A stretch of DNA of 64,000 nt from Octopus vulgaris. Taxonomy: Eukaryota. The position numbers and the translations under genes were made by a program. Under the pieces are notes generated by a model, which did no database searches, was not told the DNA's origin, and saw nothing but the letters and a program-made list of their open reading frames with translations. Below are positions 52,269-64,000 of this stretch, one piece after another (positions within the stretch are counted from its first letter, which is position 1; each line of letters starts with the position of its first letter). Where the stretch lies: positions 61,938,001 to 62,002,000 of the forward strand of contig OX597824.1 of the NCBI GenBank assembly GCA_951406725.2. The letters are read 5' to 3'.

Positions 52269-53487
52269 TATATATATATATATGTAAGAACTGAATATAT
52301 TATATATATATATGTAAGAACTGAATATATATATATATATATATACGCATTTGTATATGGCATATGTATGCATATATGCATGCATGTGTTTGTGTGAATG
52401 TGTATATATGCTTATATGAATGTTGAAGTTGTTATTTTCAAGGAATTTTTAGGTTGATAGCTAAAAGTTACTGAGATAAACAGTAGAATAGGTAAGTGAA
52501 ATCTACTTCACAGTTAGTTGAAATTAGGATTCTTATGTAGCCAAACAACATATTTGTACAAAGGTGACATAATATGCTATAATAATATTAATATGGTACA
52601 TCATATTTATGTATCTGCGTATCTGTGCATCTTGTGTATTTACATTTCTATAGCATATTCACAAATGTAGGTGGAGTACTTCACTTGAGGAAAGATCATT
52701 CCGAAGAACACCTAAGATCTAACTCCCTATACATTCCGGAAGTAATTTCAAGAATCCCGAGTAATCAATATGATGTATATAAACACGCAGAAATAGCAAA
52801 TGAGTAAATAGAAAAGGTCTAAAATAAATAATGCTCCCGACGCATTTACCATCGGTGTTGAAATACTAGTAACATGAAGACAGCACACGGTTAATATGCT
52901 TCAAATAGTATTCAATATCAGGACTGGCATAGTATTCGGTCAGGTCGAACATCGAGTTACATAACAACACTATTAATTAAAAACATAATATTGATTACGT
53001 TTATAAAACTGAAACATAATTAAACGAAGTATTAATATTAGTTAAATGCAAAGTCAGGCCATTTTAATTATTTGTAGTATCTGGTCTGAAGTAACTGCAT
53101 CATTTTACCAGGCAAGTTAATTACTACTTAATGATTTTAACATATATAAAATGGTATATACCTATCATACACAAATGTCAAACGATACAGTGATATTTAA
53201 GGAATGTTATTTTCTAAAAAGTATGAACAAATAAACAAATAAATAAACTTATCAATACCCTCAACTTAATTTTCTTTTGGTGTTGAGTAGTGTACAGATT
53301 GTAAACATCTTCCTACTCTCAGTTCAGCCACGTATGCACATCTAACTTTCCTCCTTCCTCCCGCCATTCCTAATGCTTGTCTTCGCTATTTCATTAGTTT
53401 TTCCATTACTTTTTGCGCATAGTTTGCGACCTAGGTTATAACTTTCTTTATCAAATCTTTCTCTACAAAATTATTTCCTGAGCTTTA

Positions 53488-54771
53488 TGTAGATCGGCTG
53501 AAAATTTCATTGGTTGAACAAGACACTCTCATGGAATATGACCAAATGAGGGTTATGTTGTATTATAGCCCCTCTTGCAGTTCACACACATCTTCCATCA
53601 GTTTTGCAGACTATGGATCCTCTTGGTCAAGAAGCTTTCATTCTGTCGTCAAAAAGGTCAACACCGGATATGACGTCATCATCATTGCGATTCGGACTAG
53701 AAGCCAAGTATTGTTTCACGTTGGAGAATAGGTGATAGTCAGATATGGCAAATCAGGTGAATAGGATCAGTGATCAACCAATTCAAAGACCCTGTAATGC
53801 ACAACATCTATCAAAACGAATGACCCGTTTGCAGGAGCATTGTCCTGCTGAAACTATACAACTTTCGTCAGGTTTTCTGGGCGTTTGGACTTGATAGCCT
53901 TTCGAACTGCTTTGCCAAGTTGGTATAGTACTCCCCATTAATCGATTAATGGCATGGACCCTTTGAAATTAGTGAATAGTCGTAAATTCTTTTGCATCCA
54001 AACAAAACTTAGATCATCACTTGCTGTGTAGACGAAACGACCATGACATTCTTTCGATCAGGTGTGCAGGGGTGTCTCTACTGCATGGATTGTCACTTCG
54101 TCCCCAACTCAAATTGAAGATACATATCACAATATACATCCTGGCTGAGGAAACGTTCAGGTAAACCAGCTGGATTTGTTCCAAACAATGTTAGATTTCC
54201 CTTTGATTTGTTCAACCTGGTGCGCCTTTGAAGGCGTGAAAAGTGGCAACCACCGAACAGAGGTATCCGTCATCCCAAGTTCCTTATCCACAATGCGATC
54301 AGCTCCTTTATAGGAAATTCTAGTAGCACTATTTGATTTATTGTTAATTACCTGTCATACATTGCATGTGGTGAATATGATCAATGTTTTTCATGGTGGT
54401 GGCCATTGCAGCACGTTCAGAACTTTGGTTACCTTCAAAAATCTACATTCATCTCCTGAAATCAACTGCGCCCTTTTTCCCAGTTGATAACGCTGGAGCC
54501 TCATCCCCTAATGTTAGCATGCCAGCATGAGCGTGTTTGGGAGTTAAATTCTTTTTCTACAGATATTTGCTGACACCACGATGCATATATTTTGTCCATT
54601 TTCAAGAGAGGTTGCTACTAGTTACTTTTGAACTCTTCTTTGAAGCGTCAGATGTCAATTTACTTGGAAAGAAACAAAACAGTTATTATTAAGAGTTGAA
54701 AGTAATGCATACAAAATTTCACAACCCTATCACTACTCTGTCAGCCTATGACGTCTTCAGCCCACTCTCGC
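53488..54771 (-). mobile_element. Near full-length decayed mariner
   Basis: Ends ggctgaaaatttcat / atgacgtcttcagcc; QQDNAP and YSPDLP.SDY on the minus strand. Confidence 0.85.
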
Positions 54772-56290
54772 ATAGTCACAATAACTGCCGATATATTCTA
54801 ATGTATATTTGTTGTCAAATAAATTTTACACCAGAATTTAAGGGAAATTACAGTTAACGAACCATCATTCCTCTTCTCAAAATGTAAGACTTCATTGTTG
54901 CATCTTACAAATATACATTAGAGAATAATCATTGTTTATTAATTCAGGTAGGATCTGTTGTTCTAGTCATACTTTAGCCCTTAGTAAAGAAAATAAATCT
55001 TTGTTTTTACAACACCTCTCGGTTTAGGGCTATATCTAGGGCAATATGATATATTTCGCCCCGCACTATTAAACATTGAAGAGTGTGATATGCAAAACTA
55101 GAAGTCATTGTTATATTGTTTCTGCCTTTCTTATAATAGCTTTTGCTCCACGGAATTTGCTTGCTAGCGTATCACCTCGGAACAAGTACTATCAACTTAC
55201 TCATTTCCCTCCTTGTCACTGATGTTGAGTAAATCATCTTAGTTCCGGCAATAACCAATACTTCACGTTCTTCCTTTCCAGACCCTTAGTCCTCTGGATT
55301 TCCTTCTTTGCCCGTTTTTACCATTAATCGTCGACATACGACGGTATAAGCAGAATATTATCAACTTCACTTACGTCGGTAAGAATCCCTTCTTTGTACT
55401 TAGACAAACATAGACAAATGCATATATTTAAAACAGAGCATGTAATACTTCATTACATTTTAAAACTCAATGTCCTTATTTCACATTAGAGGGTAAATTA
55501 TACATACTGTTCCTACACCAGCGACAAATAGCCACAATTAATAGTATGTAGTATTTTAAGGAACAGGAGCTAAGTGTATGTTTCTCTCCGATGTCAAAAT
55601 GCTATCATTCATAAATATAGATAAAAAGAAAACAACATCTCGTCTCTCAATATATACTGGATCTATCAGTCAGCCACAGACAGGCATAAGCGTACATATT
55701 TACATACACACAGGAACTCATGAGTATCCAAAAGCAGATACACATTACTAAAAATAAATTGACTTAATTGATCACAGCTTCTTATCTAACAACACAATAT
55801 TTTATCAATACTTATCTCTCGCGTTTTCACATTTTCTCACACTCTCTTGATATATATATATATATATATATATTTCTGCTTGACAAAGCCACCTAACGAA
55901 ACGATTGGTCAAAACGTTAATGACGTCACGCTATGCTGGACTGACCACCTAACAGGTGTTATAAAACCCGAACAATTCACAAGATTCGCCAGAATCATCC
56001 AGCGAACACTCACCGTAAGTCATCACAGTTGCTCAAGGCAAAAATGAATTCCTCGCTCTTTCAGGAACATCAATTTTTTATATTGACTGCATTCCACCAC
56101 TTTGATCTATTTTTTATATTGAATGCATATAACCACCACGAACCACTGCATCATACACTTTAAACATATAGCATGAACGAACTCACTTCAAACTATATAT
56201 GAACTTTATGATGTCTGACTCCATTGTGTATTATAAACGAATTTCTTATATTTGATAGCATGAACTATCTTTTTTTATATATAACTGTTT

Positions 56291-56324
56291 TTGATAAGGT
56301 TCATTTCAGGAACTGAAACATGTT
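56291..56324 (+). ncRNA. Hammerhead-like motif with a U3-A8 covariant core, in a TA-flanked ~520-bp segment (55870-56390)
   Basis: TTGATAA GGTTC atttcag GAACT GAAA CATG TT; palindromic stem III ACATGT; stem I poor. Confidence 0.4.
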
Positions 56325-56387
56325 ATAATGTATATATAAAAATTAAAAATTGTATAATATAGCAGCATTTTCGAACTTCATTTTTTA

Positions 56388-56432
<45 letters not shown>

Positions 56433-56439
56433 TATATAT

Positions 56440-56600
56440 ACGTATATAAAACAGAGGATGTGTGTCTGTCTGTATGTTTATGATGTTGAGATCCACCCAA
56501 CCGATTTTAATGAAATTTTACACATGTATTACATAGGGACCATAGAGTATCATGGCTGAATAGAATTTTCAACCTCTTGTTTAATGCGGATCCAGTGGCA
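56440..56600 (+). mobile_element. Possible Helitron/Helentron-like 5' end
   Basis: tatataaaa...tgtgtgtctgtctg...accgattttaatgaaatttt pattern; no convincing 3' hairpin+CTAG found. Confidence 0.3.
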
Positions 56601-58525
56601 GATAAACCGCATTTTTAAAAGTATTTTCGCAGTGTTAAGGCTCGTAACTTGAAGAGTATCCAGTCGCTTTCCTCCAAATTGGCAACAAACATTAATCAGG
56701 TTCTCGAATTGTTGTTGACTAAAACAATTTCCGACGCTGACTATGGACTCTCTAGAAATGCAGATTAATCCTATTAGAGTATACTGCACTGGGATTTATA
56801 TTAAGCCATTTTACGACGATAAAATATTAACACTACTTATGCATTATAAGTAGCATATAATATTTTATGAAACCTTTTTGTCCTATTTAGTAGAGGAAAT
56901 GAGAATAACATTAAAATCTTTTTCGGCGCCTTGTTGATACTTCATATTACCATCCCATTACCATCCCATGCATCATAAGTTCATGTGCGTATGTGTGTGG
57001 CTGGATACAGGCTCAACAAACTCATTCATTAATTCTCCAAAAGTGGCCTGTCGATGTTTTACTTCTCCAATCCTGCACAACGCAGTAGGGTCCGGCAGCA
57101 TGTCTGCTTTCTATTTCATCCATGTCTGAACTATATAACGCAAAACGTTCATATAAAAGAACAAACTGATGTTGTGATTCACAACCATTTGAGTTTGACT
57201 TCATGACCCCTTCAGGAAGTCCCTTCCTGTGTACCACTATTTGATAATATTTTCTGAAAATTTTCAAAGTATTATTTTATTTGCTGCCGACAAAAAACTG
57301 CGCTCACGCGGTGGATTTCAAAAATTATAATGTATAAGCACGGGCCACATGTTGGATTCCCTCGTACTTATACGGTTAATCTAGGCGTACCTGTTAATGA
57401 ATAATTGCTAAATAATTACTAAATAATTTGCTAAAGCAAATTCAGAAACCATGGTCCAGGAGATACATGGTAAATGTTTTTATTTTTCATTCCCTTCGAA
57501 GTCTATCCCTAATAGTGGTTTGGATTTTGGTTGTTCCTTCTAGCTTGTCAGGAATCCTTTGTGTTTAAATGTACACAGTATTTATATGAATAATATACAG
57601 TCTATTCACTAATTTTTCTACATTTTAGACGACTGGTAGTAAAAATTTCAGAAATTTTTATTACTCTGATATTATTAAATATGTATATATTCATTTGATA
57701 TTTGATTCACTTGCATTATCACTACTGATTTGCATGCCTCATCGACTCATTAATTAATCGATTAATTAACCAATTTACGGGATAAATGTTTCCCGAACCA
57801 TTATTTTCAAATCCTTATGGAATTTAAAAACAGAAAAAAAATCTTAGAATGAAAAAATTCGTCCCACTAGCGTCCGGCCAGATTTTATCCCTTTGGGGGG
57901 TAATTTTAATGAGCCTAGTCGCAGTCAGTCATATGGTCGAACATAGGAATAGCCGGCTGGTTAAATAGAAATTGAGTAAACACTAATGTGGCAATATTAA
58001 ATCGACATCGTAATCTATGCGTTATAATTAAGGTATGTACAGTTATGATAGTCTGAGGCTGAAGCATTTATTCTGAGATTAAATATACTCTTTAAAATGA
58101 AACGCAGGAAGCATTTCGCCTTTTTTTAGCCTTTTCAGTGACGTCTGGTCACAGTCATTCCATCGAAACGTCTTTCTCTTTGATGTACTGTATAGTGAAT
58201 AAATCTCTCACTGATGTTGCAAAACGCCGTCCAGGCGAATAATAACCCGGGAAACGTACAATTTGTAATACATGTCTATTTCAATTTAATATTGTCTCAG
58301 TAACATATATCAATTTTTACTCAGTTTGGAGACTATTCACAGGAACAATGAAGCTTTTATTCTGTGTCCTATCTCCAAATAACTTACGCAATAACCGGTC
58401 TATCAACAGCACCCCTACACAACACTTTTACCGGTGAAAGCAGGAGTTCCTACACTTGAAGAATTTCGATATTAGTCTGGAATTTGACAGCGTTGATAGC
58501 CTAAAACTCGGGTTGCGTGATTCTC

Positions 58526-58527
<2 letters not shown>

Positions 58528-58556
<29 letters not shown>

Positions 58557-58775
58557 CTTCTTCTTCTTCTTCTTCTTCTTCTTCTTCTTCTTCTTCTTCT
58601 TCTTCTTCTTCTTCTTCTTCTTCTTCTTCTTCTTCTTCTTCTTCTTCTTCTTCTTCTTCTTCTTCTTCTGCTTCTCCTTCTTCTTCTTCTTCTTCCTCTT
58701 CTACTTCTTCGTCTTCTTCTTCTTCTCCTCCTCCTCCTCCTCCTCCTTCTTCTTCTTTTCCTCTTCTTCTTCTTC
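58528..58775. repeat. (TTC)n/(TCC)n microsatellite
   Basis: Direct reading. Confidence 0.95.
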
Positions 58776-60439
58776 ACTCTCAGCCTCTCTCTCCCCCACT
58801 CTTTGTTTGCCTGTCTGTATCTTTTTCTGTGTTTGTCTTTGCTTGTTTCTTTCACTCTGGAAGATATCACGTAGTAAATCTGGTAAGCAAAGGACATGAG
58901 AATTAGCCTGCGAGATGTAGATTCGCAAGCAACGTTGTATGCCACGACCTATGCTATATTAAGGGGGAATCAATAATTGCTGTAGCATAAAGACCCAGTT
59001 AACAAAGTACTCATTAATGCCATTTAATTATATCACTCAGTGTATGGGGAGGGGCACTTCTTTACTTCAATATAGTATTTGACCTTACATCATGTGTATT
59101 AATTGATAATATGTATTAATGAATATGTAGATGCATACTAAGGTGGCAAAACATTTCTTTTTCTTATATAGGTAACTTTTACTCCATTTGTATTTTTTTA
59201 TTGAAGTAAAACAGATTCATTTATTCCATTACTAAAACAAGTGTACAAACTACATTTTATAAAATACTTTTATATATATAACGGAAATTAATCACTATTT
59301 CTGTTTGTAAAATGAGCCTTCAATATTTATTTAATGCATTCATTTTGCTCAAGGTTATAGTGTAAGCCAAATTATATTCGTATTCTGAAGATATTTAATG
59401 CCGTATATCTGAAGACGTTCGAATGAGATTACAGGACGGTCACAGTATTAAGTTAATAACTTATGATTGACTTCATTTGAAGTGATTCTGAGTCGGTATC
59501 ATAATCAGCTAAACTATACAAAAACTTCTAATTAACTGGAATAACTCATATCGTTTATAACAGTATTCAACTAATTTGCAATGTTAGGACATTTGTTGAT
59601 GGAACTCTACACCATTTTCGAAATTTTTTGTCTCGATAGCTATATCAATTGCTGCACCCAGTTATGCGTGGTACGTTAATATCATTAAATAATAAAAATA
59701 TATCGTAACTTGATAATTGCTCTTTAGTTTTAATCATAAAATTGTAGAATTTCTGTAATTTAAGAAAGTGATATTTCCAGCAACTAGGTCGATGACTCGG
59801 GTATGTCTCCTGCTTAAAACTGTTTAACATCAATACGGAGTTGATGCTTATATGAAACTCATTACTGCCATTCTCTCAGTCTCGTTTTACAACCAGTGAA
59901 CGAACAACATCGCCAACATTACCACGACCTCAGAACTTGGTAGGACTGAGCAAGTAATTTATTCTCAAAACTAAGAATTACACTCAGTTCTTTGTACTGC
60001 GTGTATACCGACACAGATAACAAATGGGAAGGTGGGGATATCAAGAGAGGCAACGGACACTGTCAGCCAACCAATTACAAGAAGAATTCCTCCAAATACT
60101 TTCTAGAGAGCCACTCTGTGCCCAGTTTTACTCAGAAAATTTTATTTCACCCAAGGCTACAACAGAAGACCAATATCCAATGTGCCGGACCAAGGAATCG
60201 GTACAGTAATCGCATAGTTGCTAAGAACAATTTTAAGCCAGATAACTATGTCTGAGCTAAGTGAAGGTTTACTACATTGGGCCAGCGAAGATAAAGAGAA
60301 AAGCAACCCATGTAGTCTCCAAGTCGATACGTTGAAAGATTAACCAAGAGGTTGATATGATTAATAAAGCTCGTAATAAGGTTCTCATATTATTTAGTAA
60401 ACTGAAGAACTAAATGGCTAATAGAATCATTAGGGACTT

Positions 60440-60622
60440 AGAAAAACACCTTGCGATTATTTTATTTCTCTACGTTCTGTTTCCAACATCTTTCGTTGTC
60501 ATATTTGCATTTCTGTCTTAGGCGATCGACAAAAGGAAGTACTAGGCAATTATTGAAATTGATGGTATGAAGTAAGCAGCTTCTCGAAAATTGCTGGTAT
60601 TGTGTCAAAGTTAGAAACGATT
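60440..60622 (+). mobile_element. Diverged SINE family B
   Basis: tacgttctg...gatcgacaaaaggaagtac...aaattgctggtattgtgtcaaagttagaaac. Confidence 0.55.
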
Positions 60623-61969
60623 ATTGTGCAGTTAAGATGTATTCCACCCTGAAGAATTTGCCTGCTAAATCTAGCTTCCAAATTTCTTTCTAAATATACA
60701 TCAAACTATTCTAAGAAATAAACATCATATAGGACAATTAGTTTCGTTCTGACTATAATGATATATTCACATACACAACGCTTTTGGATATATATATGCT
60801 CACTCGGTTATAGCCTGCTATAACCACTAGCAACAGCTGTAAATATAATATATTGTACATTAAACGAAATACAAATTATCTTGAAATAGTATTATACTAC
60901 CATCACTATGTGCTAGGTTTTTTCTATTGGTAGCTACGTATCCATAAGGAATCTGTGAGTTATATGATGCAGTAATTTTATGAATGAATAGAAATACCAT
61001 TGGTTACAAGTTCTTCCTTTCATTATCTCATACGTCTTCTCTTCTGTTCTCCTCCTTAAACCACATTCTCTTTCTGGTTCATTATCGTTCTTATAGCCAT
61101 AAAAGAACGATGAATAATAAAAATGAACAACTAAAAAGGAGTATGGCAATATTTTTAGCCGTGTATGCTACGTACATATGCAAGTAATATGCATTTTATT
61201 ATGAAGTCTACGTTGTTGTTGTTGTTGTTGCTGTTCTTCTTCTCCTCCTTCTTTTTCTTCTTCTTCTCTAACCGTATAAGTATCTTCTTGTCCATAACTC
61301 ATGGTAGATAATTATACATTGCTATATAAAAAAGAATTACGAACTGGTTACAGAAGCTCTATACCATATAGACTATAAATGTGCCTAGATGAATAATTCT
61401 TTGACATGCCTACGAAACCGTAATGTTCACGTAATTTCATTTAATCATATCAGTGTCTTATTTATTATTATCTTCAGACATGTCTTTACCTGTCTTTTAG
61501 TAGGCTTTTACGTAATCTGGTGACATTACTTTTTTTTTCTTACACACATCTACTTCTCCAGTTTCTTTTTTACCCAATTTTTCTGCTAACTGTTCACAAC
61601 GTGTATCGTCAGAACATACAGAACCTCTGAGCTTACTTGTGTGAATGGCTTTACTAATACTTCCAATAATTCAATACTAACTCAGCTTAAAGAACTGAAA
61701 CTAACTATACTGGTAGAAATACCTACAGAAGCCAGATCTCAAAAATGAATGACGTTCATTATGTCAAGTACAAGAATAATGATCTTGTTAATATTATTGA
61801 AATAACATAGCACTACTGCATTATCATCTACGATTATTGCCGTCTGTGGTAAATCAGCCACAAGTTTTATATACTTTAGTATAAGAAGCAAAGTAAAGTA
61901 AGCAGCAGCATTGATATTACTCTTACTCTTCTTGCTTTGAACTTTTCTTTGTTTGCTTCTTTCTTTCTT

Positions 61970-62092
61970 TATGTATGTATGTATGTATGTATGCATGTAT
62001 GTATGTATGTATGTATGTATGTATGTATGTATGTATGTATGTATGTATGCATGTATGTATGTATGTATGTATGTATGCATACATTACATACA

Positions 62093-62149
<57 letters not shown>

Positions 62150-62150
62150 T
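61970..62150. repeat. (TATG)n/(TA)n microsatellite
   Basis: Direct reading. Confidence 0.95.
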
Positions 62151-62608
62151 ACATACAATATTAGATATGTACATATATAAATAAGGGTACTACATGAGTA
62201 CCTATATTGCTAATGATAGAAGTCAAAACATAGTTCTGTACCACCGAATAGTCACAAATCCATTACAGACAAGATAGGAAAAATATCAGTGTACAATAAT
62301 AATGTCTCAACTCAAATGGGTCAGAAAAAGTATATATATATATATATATGTATATTCTCATAAACGCTGGGCATGACATTTGAATTCAGAATTTGAATTG
62401 TGCAGTTAGACGTTGACATATTATTCTTGCCTATCGAGACACATGCTAAACCCCAATGTATGTTTTTTGTGTTAATTCCTGTGTACAGGAAAGTTCTCCT
62501 GACGAGAAGAATGGATCTACATTTATATACGTGCGCGTATATGTACTGATAGATAGACAGAGGAAAAAAAAGGCAGAAGACAAACAGAAGACAGACAGAC
62601 AGACAGAC

Positions 62609-62665
<57 letters not shown>

Positions 62666-63199
62666 GATAGATAGATAGAATGATAGATAGATAAATACAT
62701 AGATAAATAAATAAATAAGTGCAGGCAAGGGCAGTCTATTGTTAAATGTATTGGTTTCTAGTTTAATAGCGCTACGTGACAACTTTCGATAGCTTCTTAT
62801 AACAGTGCCTTAGACGAATTTTGATATACATATACTCAGAAACAGAAATTCATATATGCTACTATAAATAATATTAACGAGGAAATCAAATATACAAGTA
62901 ACAGAAGTAATGTTCCATTCTGAATTTATCAATTCAATTTTGAGTAATAATGTAAAAAAAAGACTAACGGATGCTATTAGCCTGAACGACACAATGTGAG
63001 CAGGTGTCGATTGAGAGAATATTAAATCAACTGGAAATTAAATCACTCCTACGAAACGATTTCTGCGAAATTTTTCAGTACGGTGTGATGATCATTTTTG
63101 ACTTAAAATACAAATGATTGTGTGTTTGTGATTATAGGACTGTGTTTGTGATTGTGTTAACGCGCGTGTGTGTGTGTGTGTGTGTGTGTCTGTGCGTTT

Positions 63200-63510
63200 G
63201 TTGTTAGTGGTTGGAGTAATCGGCTCATGATCGTAAGGTCGCATGTTCGATTACGGGTAACGCGTTGTGTCCTTGAGTAACACAATTTATTTTGCGATAC
63301 TCCAATCCACACAGCTGACAAAAATGAGTTGTACCTCTAATTTAAAGTGCCGGCCTTGTCACATTCTGTATCTCACTGAATTTCCTTTAGAACTACGTAA
63401 AGGTACGCGTGCTTGCAGAGTGCTCAGCCACTTGCACGTTAATACCATGAGCAAGCCATTGTGTTGAAAGGATCAACTGGGGCCCTCATCTCCGAAACCG
63501 ATGGAGTGGC
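63200..63510 (+). mobile_element. tRNA-derived SINE related to family C
   Basis: tagtggtt..gttcgatt head; tgtgtccttgagtaacaca; ctccaatccacacagctg. Confidence 0.65.
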
Positions 63511-64000
63511 AGTGATATACATATATGTAACTATTGAGCATTAATGTTTCTTGACCTATTTTTCTATTGGGGATACGATAAATTTAAAGCTGTATGTGTC
63601 TTAAAATTCATGTTATAGCCCTACCTTTATCTTTCTATTTTGCAACGTTGCTATATTTATGCAATATGTCCTGTCACCTTTCCACAAGAGGCAATCATTG
63701 GTGCGCAGTTGGCTGGGGTTCCTGACACTAAAACTTAGGAATTATTTAATGTTTCGTGAAACAGTCTCTGCAAAAATCATGTAATTTAATGCTGCTATTT
63801 CAAACCCAAGATAAAATATGCTTTGGCCAGCATAGTTCTGGACGAAAAGCAAAGGTCACAGAAAGAGATCGCAAAATATGTAAATGTCGGTTGTTTAATA
63901 ATGTTTTCAAATTTTATCAGTATATTGGCTAATAGTTTCTATCTTATCATATGAACATCACTCTCTAATGGTAGCGTAGATTTCCAGCTCGATTCACGGA

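Overview
AT-rich, microsatellite-saturated animal DNA with no recognisable host gene, rRNA, tRNA gene or CRISPR array. The SINE types and microsatellite load suggest an octopod cephalopod (inference). Most of the ORF track is microsatellite artefact. The interpretable content is mobile DNA, and much of it sits in specific microsatellites. (1) R4/Dong-clade non-LTR retrotransposons and a ~550-bp non-coding passenger element are stacked in (TAA)n at 0.2-2.1 kb and 43.6-50.1 kb, including one uninterrupted RT-CCHC-RLE ORF at 45708-48335. (2) A Tx1/L1-clade 3' fragment lies in (ATCT)n. (3) Several short non-coding elements in (TA)n carry hammerhead-ribozyme folds: a canonical-core hammerhead inside a 409-bp terminally redundant, retrozyme-like unit (10905-11332), a three-copy family with an atypical CUGUNGA-A core, and further decayed motifs. 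Decayed mariner/Tc1 elements, MITEs, three tRNA-derived SINE families and a foldback element fill the rest. All alignments and folds were done by eye, so boundaries are approximate.
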